Below the pieces are notes generated by a model that was not told where the DNA came from, did no database searches, and worked only from the letters and a program-made list of their open reading frames with translations. Positions 24,740 through 34,453 of a stretch of 48,708 bases of DNA are shown one piece after another. The DNA is from a virus (Duplodnaviria; Caudoviricetes): the IMG/VR virus record IMGVR_UViG_3300011437_000005, positions 1 to 48,708 of that record; one strand, given 5' to 3'. A program made the translations under genes and the position numbers. Numbering within the stretch: position 1 is the stretch's first letter; each line of letters starts with the position of its first letter.

Positions 24740-25363
24740 CTAGCCTCGCAGTTGGAAGAAGAGCGTCGCGAGACAATCGGCGACGGCCGTCGGGGCGCCG
24801 GCCACCGTGATCTCGAGGCGCATGGAGTCGTAGCGGGTCGTGTTCGCGTTTTGGTTCGGCGTGAAGACCTTCGCCGCGTCGATCGCCAGCTCACCGCCGC
24901 CGACGCCGCCGACCACCGTCCCGGTACCGGGGACCGCGGAGAAGAGGTTCAGGCCGGCGGTCACGTTGCGCAGCATGAACCGCCACTCGATGGCGCCGGT
25001 GCTGCCGACCGTGGTCGCACTCGGGTACAGCACGACGGCGAGGACCGTGGCCTTCGGGATGGACATCAGCCGCACGTTCTTCGCGGCGAGCGCGCCGAGC
25101 GACATCGCGACCATCTTCAAGCCCGCGGACTCGAACCCGTTGGGGAACGGGGCCTCGTAGACGTCGGCCGAGTCGGCCGCGTTGCGGACCATGTTCTGCA
25201 GCAGCGTGGTGTCGGTCCACGGTTGGTACGCCACGTGCTCGGCCGGCGTGGTCGGGCCCGCGAAGCGCGACCTCACCGCATCGAAGTTGGTCGGGATCAG
25301 GGAGGTGATCGACGTGGCGACAGGCGTCACGGCCATCACGGGCGCTGGGTGGTAGGTCTGCAC
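24740..25363 (-). CDS. Putative tail-tip/fibre protein
   Basis: GTG 25363 after GGGGAG; follows the gpJ-like gene. Confidence 0.7.
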   Translation of the reverse strand: MQTYHPAPVMAVTPVATSITSLIPTNFDAVRSRFAGPTTPAEHVAYQPWTDTTLLQNMVRNAADSADVYEAPFPNGFESAGLKMVAMSLGALAAKNVRLMSIPKATVLAVVLYPSATTVGSTGAIEWRFMLRNVTAGLNLFSAVPGTGTVVGGVGGGELAIDAAKVFTPNQNANTTRYDSMRLEITVAGAPTAVADCLATLFFQLRG

Positions 25364-25377
25364 TGCGATCGACTCCC

Positions 25378-28300
25378 CTAGACGAGAACCTGCCGTTCGA
25401 GCTGCGTCACGTAGATTTGGGTGCGGAGGTGCGCGCGGTGCATCGACAACCGCAAGCGGAACCGGCGCGCGGTGCGGCGCTCCATGGTGATCGGCAGGTA
25501 CCCCGACCAGGCGCCCGAGCCCGTCGAGTCGTAGTCGATCTCCAGGCGCGCGCGGGTCCACTCGCCGATCTGCGAGGACCAGCCGCGGCCGAGCAGGTCC
25601 TTCGGCAGGTCGGCCGGCAGCATGGTGCCCAGGTCTGCCGGCATAAGGTCGAAGTTGATCCCGGGCGCCGCCGGCGACGGCTCGCGCGCGGCGACCGTGC
25701 GCCACAGCGCCTCACCGCTGTAGCCGTTCCAGGTCGCCTCCTCGGGCAGCAGCTCGTCCAGCTGGTAGGCCTCGAGGATCGCGACCCACAACACGCGGCC
25801 GATGAAGCCGAGGTCGTAGATCGGCGAGACCCAGGAGCCCGACAGCTTGCCGTCGGCGATCCGGAGCTGGTGCGTCGCCGGGTCCCAGGTGAGATCGACC
25901 AGGCCGGCCGGCAGCGCGCCCAGGTCGTCGACGCCCGACGCCGCGACGATCGTCGTCCCGTCGGGCGGCAGCACCAGGAGCTGCGTCGTCCAGGTCGAGT
26001 CGGAGTAGAGCCCGTTCTTCGCGCGCGCGCGCCCCATGACCTGGTGGACGCCGGGCGGGGCGTCGCGCCAGAAGTACTCGGCCTTCAGCTCCTTGGCGAT
26101 CACCTGGCCGCCGACCCATCCCGCACCCTTCCGCCATTCGTAGTACTGGACCTGGTCGTCGATCACCGGCGCGCAGCGGAGCAGGCCGCCGCGCTGCAGC
26201 GGGATCGCCTCGAGATGGTGGACGCGCGGCGCGGGGTGCGGCGCGAACTCCTCGGCCGTGAACGTGAGATCGGGCGTGTCGCCGATCGGGCCGACGGCGC
26301 CGTCCGCCGTCTCGAGCATCACGCGGACCTCGTAGCTCTGGCCCGGGGAGAGGATCCGCACGCGCGCGTCGGTCGTGAAGGTCTCGCCGACCAGGTCCCA
26401 CGGGTAGCTCCCGCCGGCGGCGCGCAGGAACACGCGCGCGCGGCGCCGGCCCTTGCCGGCGTCCTCGAGGAACCACGAGATCACGTACGAGCCGTCGGGC
26501 TGGCGCGTGGCCTTCACCTCGAAGACCTCGACGGTGCTCTCGATCAGGTGATCGCTCGAGCGCGAGTACGGCGCCGGCGCTTCCTCGCTGCCGAGCTCGT
26601 CCTCGAGCGGCTCGTCGTGGATCGACGGCACGTGGTCGATCAGCGTCACCTTGCGCTTCAGGTTCTGCGCGAGCGTGATCGACGCCACCACGTAGCCCTT
26701 CTGCACCTTGGTGGCGACGCCGAACGCGACCGGTGCACCGACCTCGTAGGTCGCGTCGGCACTCAGGTTGATCGCCACGCCCTCGGGATAGAAACCAGGC
26801 GGGTCGGTGATCGTCAGCTCGAGCCGGAACTCATCGGGCCGCTTGAACACGACGTTGTAGGTCTTCAGCGGGAGCAGCGTCACGTCGTGGTCGAGCACGA
26901 TCTGCGGCACGCCACTCACCGCGTTCTTCGTGCGGTAGCTGTAGCTCTGCTCGTCGTAGGGCTGCAGGAACACGTGGTTCACGCCGACCAGGTCGCCGAG
27001 CTCCGCGTTGAGCGCCTCGGGCCCGACGGTCATCTGCACGCGCGACGGGATCCGTGAGTTGGCCCGGTGCGCGAACAGCAGCGTGCGCTTCACCTGCGTC
27101 GCCCGGGTCTCGCCGATCAGGGACATGGGCTGCTTCTGGAACGGCAGCGCGTCGATCTGGTCCTGGCGGTTCAGCAGCGAGTCGGGGTCCTCGATCGGGA
27201 TCGAGTTGCGTTCGAAGTCGAGGTTCTCATCGACGAACTCACCCTCGAGCACGGTCGCGCGCTTGCGGCGGTTGAAGAAGTGCACCGAGAAGTCCTCGAC
27301 GTTCGTGCTCGTGAACACCTGCGTGTACGTGGTCTTCGCCGGGACCACGTTGAGCCCGCGCCCGTGCGCGGCCGCGAACTCGTACTTGACGCGGAGGGTG
27401 TTGCCGTCGAGGTAGGGAACGGCGCGCGCGGTCGCGAGGATCTTCTGGAGCCACTCCCACGCGCTCTGCTGTTTATCGATGACGATGTTGCACGTGTACC
27501 GCGGCCCCCCGTTCACGGTCATGTCGCAGTAGTCGGCCAGGTTTCGGAAGTCCTGGAAGTTGATCTGCGCGGGCGACTTGTTCAGGCCCTCGCGCATCAT
27601 GGCAAAGGTGAGCGCAATCCAGCCCGGGTTCTGGCCGGGCGGGTAGGTCCAGATGTTGAAGAACGGATCCGCGGACCCGGGCAGCTCCCACGCGTAGGCG
27701 TCGATCGTGACGCCGGGCGCGACCTCGCCGGCGACGCCGACCAGGCGCACCTTCCTCGCCTTCAGGATCGCCGTGACCTGCGGGTCGTCGCCGGCGAACC
27801 GCTCGCCCGCCTCGAGGTCGAGCGCCATGTAGCACAGGCCGGGGTACGCGAAGAACGCGTCGACGTAGTAGACCACGTGCCGCACGCGCATGAGGTCCTG
27901 GCCGTTGCCGTGCGCAAACTCGCGGATGCACAGGATCTCGATCGGTCCCACGGTGCCGCGCGGCAGCTCGTACTCGAAGGTCTGCGCCAGCGGGTTGTAG
28001 ATCGGTCGCCCCTTCGCGATCTGCTCGAAGTTGAGGATGTTCCATGAGGTCGTGCCTTGCGGCCGCCACCACAGCGAGAAGTTGGCGACCATCGACACGC
28101 CCTGGTTTGCGATCGTGTCGTAGAGCCCGTTCGGGAAGTCGATCGTGATCGAGATCCCGGCGATCGGGCTCGAGTCGTTCACCTCGACGACGGCCCGGTT
28201 GAACTGGTCGTTCAGCTGCGCGCGCGCCGCGATCGTGTTCGGGGTCCCGCGCGCGGCGCCGGAGATCACCTGCTGCCGCGGAGTGCCCATGCGCAGCCAC

Positions 28301-28986
28301 GCGAACGCCCCGGGCTTGGGGTTCACGTTGTCGAGCGCTACGCCGTTCACCTTGATGTCGGCCGGCAGCAGCCCGCGGCCCGAGTAGTTGCCGCGGCCGC
28401 CGAGCAGGTCGACCTCGCCCGACGCGAAGCCCGTGTAGCCGCCGATCTCCTGGCAGCGGCCGACGGCGAGCGCGATCACCAGGTAGAGCAGCTCGGTCGA
28501 GTCGGACGCGCGGACCTCCTTCTCGATCACCTGGCCGCCGAGCTTGTGCCGGCCGAAGACGATCGGGATCGGGAAGCCGGGCCCGGTGTTGGTCTGGATC
28601 CCGTCCCAGCTGTACGTGGCCGATGACTCGTCGCCCCGCTCCGGGCTCTTCAGCCGCGGTGCCGGCACCAGGAGCGAGTAGACGTAGCTGAGCGCGGCGC
28701 CGGCGAGCGCCGTCAGGATGAACGGGACCAGCGGCGCCAGGATCACGTGCATCGCCGGCGTCAGCACGACGTCGTCGCCCGGCTCGAGCGCGCGCTCGAC
28801 CTCATCGTCGCGCAGCTTCCGGCCGTTCACCGCGATCGCCACGTGCGACTCGCCCCACTCCGGCCGGCGGAACATCCGCGCCAGGTCGCCGCCCGAGAGC
28901 CCGTCGAGCTGCACGTCGACGTCGTGCCGGTCGCCCAGGTCGAGCAACCCGCGCAGGGCGTGGACGGTCACGCCCACTGGTGCCAC
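25378..28986 (-). CDS. Central tail fibre / tip attachment protein (gpJ-like) with N-terminal ubiquitin-like gpI module
   Basis: VAIAVNG...LEPGDDVVLTP Ubl; GFPIPIVFGRHKLGGQVI; YPGLCY; NPGWI; RYTCNIVID; ELGDLVGV; Fn3-like C-terminal domains. Confidence 0.9.
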   Translation of the reverse strand: MAPVGVTVHALRGLLDLGDRHDVDVQLDGLSGGDLARMFRRPEWGESHVAIAVNGRKLRDDEVERALEPGDDVVLTPAMHVILAPLVPFILTALAGAALSYVYSLLVPAPRLKSPERGDESSATYSWDGIQTNTGPGFPIPIVFGRHKLGGQVIEKEVRASDSTELLYLVIALAVGRCQEIGGYTGFASGEVDLLGGRGNYSGRGLLPADIKVNGVALDNVNPKPGAFAWLRMGTPRQQVISGAARGTPNTIAARAQLNDQFNRAVVEVNDSSPIAGISITIDFPNGLYDTIANQGVSMVANFSLWWRPQGTTSWNILNFEQIAKGRPIYNPLAQTFEYELPRGTVGPIEILCIREFAHGNGQDLMRVRHVVYYVDAFFAYPGLCYMALDLEAGERFAGDDPQVTAILKARKVRLVGVAGEVAPGVTIDAYAWELPGSADPFFNIWTYPPGQNPGWIALTFAMMREGLNKSPAQINFQDFRNLADYCDMTVNGGPRYTCNIVIDKQQSAWEWLQKILATARAVPYLDGNTLRVKYEFAAAHGRGLNVVPAKTTYTQVFTSTNVEDFSVHFFNRRKRATVLEGEFVDENLDFERNSIPIEDPDSLLNRQDQIDALPFQKQPMSLIGETRATQVKRTLLFAHRANSRIPSRVQMTVGPEALNAELGDLVGVNHVFLQPYDEQSYSYRTKNAVSGVPQIVLDHDVTLLPLKTYNVVFKRPDEFRLELTITDPPGFYPEGVAINLSADATYEVGAPVAFGVATKVQKGYVVASITLAQNLKRKVTLIDHVPSIHDEPLEDELGSEEAPAPYSRSSDHLIESTVEVFEVKATRQPDGSYVISWFLEDAGKGRRRARVFLRAAGGSYPWDLVGETFTTDARVRILSPGQSYEVRVMLETADGAVGPIGDTPDLTFTAEEFAPHPAPRVHHLEAIPLQRGGLLRCAPVIDDQVQYYEWRKGAGWVGGQVIAKELKAEYFWRDAPPGVHQVMGRARAKNGLYSDSTWTTQLLVLPPDGTTIVAASGVDDLGALPAGLVDLTWDPATHQLRIADGKLSGSWVSPIYDLGFIGRVLWVAILEAYQLDELLPEEATWNGYSGEALWRTVAAREPSPAAPGINFDLMPADLGTMLPADLPKDLLGRGWSSQIGEWTRARLEIDYDSTGSGAWSGYLPITMERRTARRFRLRLSMHRAHLRTQIYVTQLERQVLV

Positions 28987-29408
28987 CGCCAGGCGCTGCG
29001 GATGAACGGCCGAAGCCGTGCGAAGCGGGTGAGCACCGAGCCGGTCTTCTTGCCGGTGTGCAGCACGTAGCCGTCGGGCACCATGAGGGTCGCGTGCCCG
29101 CGCGCGATCACCTTGCCGGCGTGGTTCACCTCGCGCCCGTGCAGCTCGAGGCCGTCGCCGATCTTCGCCGAGTCGACCGGGATCTCGACGAACTCGCGCG
29201 GCGCGAGCATGCCGATCGGCCAGCCACGCTCGTACTGCGCGCGGATCTCCTGCCAGGGGTCACGCGCATGCACGCCGAACACGACCAGGCCGAGCAGGAA
29301 GATGCCGAGGCAGTCGGCGCCGTCGCGGCCGCGGCCGTCCTCGACCCAATCGATGCCGACCAGGTGCTCGAAGTCGGCGAGCTGGACGGGTGGCGGCGCC
29401 ACCGTCAT
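28968..29408 (-). CDS. NlpC/P60 tail-tip assembly protein (gpK C-domain-like, no JAB domain)
   Basis: GRGRDGADCLG catalytic Cys; GHATL and VLHT His residues; lies between gpL and gpI/J. Confidence 0.85.
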   Translation of the reverse strand: MTVAPPPVQLADFEHLVGIDWVEDGRGRDGADCLGIFLLGLVVFGVHARDPWQEIRAQYERGWPIGMLAPREFVEIPVDSAKIGDGLELHGREVNHAGKVIARGHATLMVPDGYVLHTGKKTGSVLTRFARLRPFIRSAWRWHQWA

Positions 29409-30076
29409 CGCCGCACCGAGATCCCGAGGAAGCCGCCGAAGGACTGCGGCTGCAGGCGCGGCAGTCCGCGCAGCGCCATGTCGCCGCCGCGCTCGATGCA
29501 ATTGGGCATCGTCTTGTTGCACGTCTGGAACCCGGCGACCGCGTTCAGCACGTACCCGCACAGCTCGTCCCCATAGATGAACCTGCAGCGGGTCGCGTTG
29601 AATCGGTCCTGCGGAGACTGGCGGTCCTCGTAGCCGTTGCTCTCGAGCTTCAGCGTGACCACGCACCCTTCGGTGCTCGTGTCGAGCGAGCCCTCGTTGA
29701 TCGTGAAGTCGACCTGCAGGTGCCCGGCCGTCGGTCCGGTCAGGTGCAGCGAGTTCACCAGCAGCGCGGTTGCGCGGTTCCCCTGGAAGCCCTGGCCGAC
29801 GTAGAAGTAGTACGACAGCAGGCCGGTGCAGTTGTCGAGCGAGAGCGCCAGCGTCGGCAGGTTGCCCTCGCCGTCCTGCTCCATCTCGCTTTGCTCGATC
29901 GCCCAGGGGTAGTAGGTGAGCCCGCCGTACGTCACCGGTTGGTCGTGCGCAACGAACTGGAAGACCGAGCAGCCGGCCACCGTGCGATTCGCCTCGACCT
30001 GCCAGAGCCAGTGCCAGACGCCCTCCTGGTGGAGCTTGTCCTTCTCGAGGAGAAAACCGCTTGGGAGTGTCTTCAA
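29405..30076 (-). CDS. Tail tip protein gpL-like (Fe-S Cys cluster)
   Basis: LPTLALSLDN; C-terminal CRFIYGDELCGY...CNKTMPNC...FGGFLGI. Confidence 0.9.
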   Translation of the reverse strand: MKTLPSGFLLEKDKLHQEGVWHWLWQVEANRTVAGCSVFQFVAHDQPVTYGGLTYYPWAIEQSEMEQDGEGNLPTLALSLDNCTGLLSYYFYVGQGFQGNRATALLVNSLHLTGPTAGHLQVDFTINEGSLDTSTEGCVVTLKLESNGYEDRQSPQDRFNATRCRFIYGDELCGYVLNAVAGFQTCNKTMPNCIERGGDMALRGLPRLQPQSFGGFLGISVRR

Positions 30077-31791
30077 GGGCCGGTGTACCGGAGCTCGAGG
30101 AACCGAGCGGACGCGTTGAATACCCCGCGTCCGGCGTCCGTGAAGTTGGGCCCTTCAACGATGGCGAACGGCAGCAGGGCGGTTGCCGTCGGCGGCCGCC
30201 ACTTGAAGCAGCCCCGGTCCTGCACGTGGAAGAAGCTCGAGAGGGTCGAGACCTGCGCCTTCGAGAGGCCGATCCAGGAGATCGACCAGCTCGCGCGCGG
30301 GCCCAGGAACGCCGGCCAGGTCTGCCGGTAGGGCGCGAACTCCGGATCCAGACTGTGCCGCCTCGCCGTGATCTCGAACGCCATCTCGAAGCTCGGCTGG
30401 ATCGGCAGCTCGGCGAGCGCGCCGAGGCCCGGGCCCTCGAAGCCAGGAGCGACCACGATGTCGGCGCCGGTGATCAGTCCCGGGTATGGCACGTTGTTCG
30501 GCGAGCTCTCGAGGTCGAACGAGGCCGAGCAGACGTCGATGCCGCGCCAGACCTGCGGGGGGATGTTGACCGGCTCGAACGGGTTGCGCTTCCCGCCGAA
30601 GCGGTGCTGCACGAGCGGCCCGGTCCATCGCTCCGCGACCGCGTACAGCGAGACCCCCTCGAGCTCGTTATGGGCGTAGGGGGCGAGCTTCTGAAACTCC
30701 GGGGTGGAGTGACTCCCGTCCTCCATGCGCAGGAAGCTCGTGAACGAGCGGCCGCCGCCGGGCGACTCCATGGTCTGGTTGAACAGCAGGACCTGCTGCC
30801 CGGAGAACGGGCTGATCTGCTCGAGCTTGCTGTGCTCGAGCCCCGTGTCGGACAGCGAGTTCTCGGTCAGGCGCTGCGCGATCGAGAGGTTCGCGACGGC
30901 GTGCGAGACCCGCACGGCGAACAGCTGCCAAAGCGTGCAGCGCGATCGCTCGCCGGCGAGGTCGTGCAGGTCGCGGCCGGCGAAGAGCATCTGGTCGCCG
31001 GCCGGGCTGAAGGGCTCGTGCAGGAACCAGCCGCCCTGCTTGTACTGGTGGCACCCGATGCTGAGCCCGCCGCCGCGCGGGTACATGCCGTAGACCGTCG
31101 AACCGAACACGGTCGGCCCGCCGGTGCGCTGCACGCGCAGCTTCGGCGGCGCGGTGAAGCTGCCGGGTTCGTAGTCCCAGCTCGTGAAGCAGAGCCACTT
31201 CTCGCCGGGCGAGGTGCCGAACGCGGGCGACGTCGAGAAGGTCTTGTCTCCGGCCGCGTTCAGGTTGAACTCGCTCGCGGCGCCGTTGAAGGGCGCGATG
31301 TGCGCGAAGTAGTTCGGGGCGCCGAGCCGGCCGAGGTCCCAGATGAGCACGAAGATTTCCGAGACCGAGAACGCGCCGGCCCAGTTGGGCGGGTCACCGT
31401 TGCGGTTCATGCGCGCGCGCACGACCAGCGAGCGCGCGCCGTTCCAGGTCCCGATCGCCGGCGTGAGGAGATACTGGATCAGGAACGGCAGCGAGCGCAG
31501 CCGCGGGTGCGCAGGCTGCGGGAAGGTGCTCATGCCATACGTGCTCTTGATGAACACGCCGGGGGTCGCGTCGTCAGAGATCCCGACCTCGATCGTTCCG
31601 CGCGAAGGTGTGCCGGTCCACACGGCGTCGCCGAAGTTGCCCCCGACCAGGATCGCGTAGTTGCCGGTGCCAGAGAGGAAGGCCGTGGGCGGCACCGTGA
31701 GCACGTCCGTCCACCCGGTCTCGTTGAAGACGCCGATCGTGTCGACGAACTTGGGTCCGTACTCGGTCGTGAGCGTGCCTTGCCGGACCAT
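30073..31791 (-). CDS. Distal tail protein (gpM-like C-terminal domain) with ~460-aa N-terminal extension
   Basis: Directly after the TMP; C-terminal PRASWSISWIGLS...LSSFF...FKWRPP. Confidence 0.75.
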   Translation of the reverse strand: MVRQGTLTTEYGPKFVDTIGVFNETGWTDVLTVPPTAFLSGTGNYAILVGGNFGDAVWTGTPSRGTIEVGISDDATPGVFIKSTYGMSTFPQPAHPRLRSLPFLIQYLLTPAIGTWNGARSLVVRARMNRNGDPPNWAGAFSVSEIFVLIWDLGRLGAPNYFAHIAPFNGAASEFNLNAAGDKTFSTSPAFGTSPGEKWLCFTSWDYEPGSFTAPPKLRVQRTGGPTVFGSTVYGMYPRGGGLSIGCHQYKQGGWFLHEPFSPAGDQMLFAGRDLHDLAGERSRCTLWQLFAVRVSHAVANLSIAQRLTENSLSDTGLEHSKLEQISPFSGQQVLLFNQTMESPGGGRSFTSFLRMEDGSHSTPEFQKLAPYAHNELEGVSLYAVAERWTGPLVQHRFGGKRNPFEPVNIPPQVWRGIDVCSASFDLESSPNNVPYPGLITGADIVVAPGFEGPGLGALAELPIQPSFEMAFEITARRHSLDPEFAPYRQTWPAFLGPRASWSISWIGLSKAQVSTLSSFFHVQDRGCFKWRPPTATALLPFAIVEGPNFTDAGRGVFNASARFLELRYTGP

Positions 31792-31794
31792 GGT

Positions 31795-33621
31795 CTACGT
31801 GAGCGAGCGCACGGTCGTGCGCCCCCGGCTTCGCTTGGTCATCGCCCACTCGGCGATCGCGGCGATCTGCTCGCGCTCGTCGAGCAGGAGCCGCCGCATG
31901 CCCTTCTGATCCGGGCTGTGCAGGTGGAAGTTGAACTCGTTGCCGCCGCCGCCGCCGTTCAGGAACGAGACCGGGATCGAGCGGTTGTCGGGCAGCGGCA
32001 CGATCGCCTCGTTCTTCGAGCCCTCGCCGACCATGGCCAGGTGCGGCGACGTGACCACGGTGCCGGCCGCGTAGCCGGGGATCCCCATCGCCTCCCAGTT
32101 GCTCGAGCGGCCCTGCACGATGCCGCCCTTGGCCATCGGCGCGATCCCGCCGAACAGCCCGGCCATGAGCGGGCGGACGATCATGAGCTGGATCGCCATT
32201 TCGATCAGCTGGCGGATCATCGTCTGGCCGAACTCACGGAAGGCCTCCTTGCCGCTCTTCGCGCCCAGCACGACGTCGGTCAGGTTGCTCGTGATCGACG
32301 TCTCCATCGTGCGGCCGAGCTTCACCGCCGCCTCCTCGCCGGCTTCGGTGAAGGACTCCCACTCGGCCTTCATCTTTTGGACGCCGTCGCCAAAGCCCTC
32401 GAAGAACTTGCCAAACGCGTCGGCTCCAGGCATGGCGCCCGCACCGCCGCCGGGGGCGCCGGGTAGGCCGGGGCCGATCGGCGTCGGCGTGTTGGGACCC
32501 TGGCCCTGCCCTCCGAACTGCATCGGCGGGAGGCCGAAGTCCTTCCGCATCCCGATCGCGCTCTGGCTCCACAAGCGCGCCTGCTCTTTTGGCGACGGCA
32601 TGCCGGTGCCGGCACCGCCCGTGCCGCCGGGTCGGCCGATCCCAAATGGGTTATTAGGGAACGAGGAGCCAGCCAATTGCTCCCACTCCGAGAGCCCCGG
32701 GTTCTTGGGCAGGTTCGCACCGATCTGGTTGATCCAGCGGGGGATCGCCGCGACCTTGGCACCAAGGCTCACAATCGTCGAAAGGAGCGCGGCTGCGTCT
32801 TCGAAGAACTTGAGGATCGGACCACGGTTATCGCCGACCCAGGTCGACCAGCTCTCGAGCGCCTTGGTCATGTCTGGCGCGAGCTTCACGACCATGTCGC
32901 GGAAGACCGAGCCGACGGTCGCCTTGAGCTTCGTGATCGCGTCGCCGAAGTCGTCGAGCTGCTTCGCCTCGAGGTCGCCGAGCACCAGGCCCAGGCGCTG
33001 CGCGTCGCGGCGCGCGTCGTCGAACGCGCCGCGCTGCTCGGCGAACACGGGCAGCAGCTCGTCGGCGACGCCGCGGCCGAAGACCTTGTTGGCGAGCGCC
33101 GCCTTCTCGGCTTCGCTCTTGTAGCGGGCGAGGCCGTCGGAGATCCGATCGAAGACCTGGTCGACGCTGAGCGTGCGCAGCTCGGACAGCGAGATCCCCA
33201 GGTCGCGGAACGCGCGCAGCGCCTCGCGGTTGTCGCCGCGGGTAACCTCGCCGATGGTCTTGTTGAGCTTCCCCAGCGCGTTGAGCGCCTGGTCGCCCGA
33301 GCTGCCGAGCTGCTCGAACGCGTGCTTGAACTCGCTAAGGATCCGCGTGCTGACGCCGAGCTTGCGACTCGTCTCGTAGAGCTTCCCGCCCTCCTTCGCG
33401 ATCGCCTGCATCCCCGCGACGATCTTGTTTCCCACGAACGCGGTGCCGAGGCCGACGATCGCGGTCTTCAGGTTGAAGACCGAGGACACCACGCCCTTCA
33501 GGGTGCCCGCGGTGCCGGTCGCGAAGCGCGCGAAGTTGCCGGCCATCGTGCGCAGCGCCGCGCCCGTCTGGTCGTTCAGCTTGGTCTCGAAGAGGACCGT
33601 GCGCTTCTCGACGCTAGCCAC
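31795..33621 (-). CDS. Tape measure protein
   Basis: Position after the chaperones; helical AFRDLGIS...FGRG...LLP motifs; C-terminal MAKGGIV, YAAGTVV, MVGEG...EAIVPL. Confidence 0.92.
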   Translation of the reverse strand: MASVEKRTVLFETKLNDQTGAALRTMAGNFARFATGTAGTLKGVVSSVFNLKTAIVGLGTAFVGNKIVAGMQAIAKEGGKLYETSRKLGVSTRILSEFKHAFEQLGSSGDQALNALGKLNKTIGEVTRGDNREALRAFRDLGISLSELRTLSVDQVFDRISDGLARYKSEAEKAALANKVFGRGVADELLPVFAEQRGAFDDARRDAQRLGLVLGDLEAKQLDDFGDAITKLKATVGSVFRDMVVKLAPDMTKALESWSTWVGDNRGPILKFFEDAAALLSTIVSLGAKVAAIPRWINQIGANLPKNPGLSEWEQLAGSSFPNNPFGIGRPGGTGGAGTGMPSPKEQARLWSQSAIGMRKDFGLPPMQFGGQGQGPNTPTPIGPGLPGAPGGGAGAMPGADAFGKFFEGFGDGVQKMKAEWESFTEAGEEAAVKLGRTMETSITSNLTDVVLGAKSGKEAFREFGQTMIRQLIEMAIQLMIVRPLMAGLFGGIAPMAKGGIVQGRSSNWEAMGIPGYAAGTVVTSPHLAMVGEGSKNEAIVPLPDNRSIPVSFLNGGGGGNEFNFHLHSPDQKGMRRLLLDEREQIAAIAEWAMTKRSRGRTTVRSLT

Positions 33622-34054
33622 CTTTCCCCCTCATGGCCTTCTTCCGCCGGCGCTCGGCCTCGGCTTCGTCGTAGGTCTCCTTGTGCGTTGCGACCAGGCG
33701 CAGCGCGTCCATGAACAGCTGGGGCAGCTTGAGCCACCCGTCGCCGGCGGGGAGCACGCCGACCTGCAGCATGGGTATCGCACGGCAGACGTCGAACGCG
33801 TCCTGCAGGGCGTCGCGCGCTTGCGACTTGTAGGGGCACCGCGGGATCGGAACCGTCCGCATGCCCTTGCACTGCGCGCAGGTGACGTCGGTCCCGTCGC
33901 ACCGCCAGCAGAGCACCTGCCAGATCGGTTCCTTCGCGGGTTCGTCGCAGCCCCACACTCGTCGGTCGTCTGCATGCTCCTTGCGCCAGCAGGTCTGGCA
34001 GTCACCGATCCAGCCGCCGCCAAACGAGATGGCAGCGGCGATTGCTAGTTTTTT
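33614..34054 (-). CDS. gpT part of tail assembly chaperone gpGT (-1 frameshift product, about 278 aa), Cys-rich
   Basis: Open -1 frame from the slippery site to the TMP start with no obvious own start; CQTC, CWRC, CAQC. Confidence 0.8.
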   Translation of the reverse strand, partial: KKLAIAAAISFGGGWIGDCQTCWRKEHADDRRVWGCDEPAKEPIWQVLCWRCDGTDVTCAQCKGMRTVPIPRCPYKSQARDALQDAFDVCRAIPMLQVGVLPAGDGWLKLPQLFMDALRLVATHKETYDEAEAERRRKKAMRGKGG

Positions 34055-34449
34055 GCGTCGGTCTCCGTGAGCGAGTTGATCTCCCGCACGCCGCTCGCGA
34101 GCACGGCCAGCTGTTCCCACGTGAGGAAGGACAGCGTCTCCTGCGTCGCGGCGTGGACGCGGCGCCCGCGGATCGCTTGCCACTCCGCGACGAACGGGAC
34201 CGCGACACCGTCCTTCTTGAAGTTGTCCCACCCCGTGAGCGACGCAATGGCGAGGTCGACCTGCACCTGGGCCGCGAGGAACACGCCCTCGGCGCCGGTC
34301 GCGGCCGCGGACGCGGCGCCGATCAGGTCGCGCGACTCGGACGGATCGAGCGGCCGGAAGCGGAACACGGTCTGCAGCTCGGGCGCCAGCTTCCGCTCGT
34401 TGGGGAAGATGAACGAGAGCGAACGATTCGGGTCGACGGCGATCACCAT
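34045..34449 (-). CDS. Tail assembly chaperone gpG
   Basis: 134 aa upstream of the TMP; LTGWDNF motif; ends GCA AAA AAC TAG. Confidence 0.88.
   Translation of the reverse strand: MVIAVDPNRSLSFIFPNERKLAPELQTVFRFRPLDPSESRDLIGAASAAATGAEGVFLAAQVQVDLAIASLTGWDNFKKDGVAVPFVAEWQAIRGRRVHAATQETLSFLTWEQLAVLASGVREINSLTETDAKN
34048..34054 (-). other. Programmed -1 ribosomal frameshift heptamer A AAA AAC
   Basis: X XXY YYZ heptamer immediately before the gpG stop in a GC-rich context. Confidence 0.85.
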
Positions 34450-34453
34450 GGGG

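Noticed and set aside
20381-28986. Diversity-generating retroelement or invertible tail-fibre cassette
   Set aside because: No reverse transcriptase or invertase; no TR/VR pair or inverted crossover sites noticed
28968-29408. NlpC/P60 protein as the endolysin
   Set aside because: Its position between gpL and gpI/J identifies it as the gpK-type tail assembly protein
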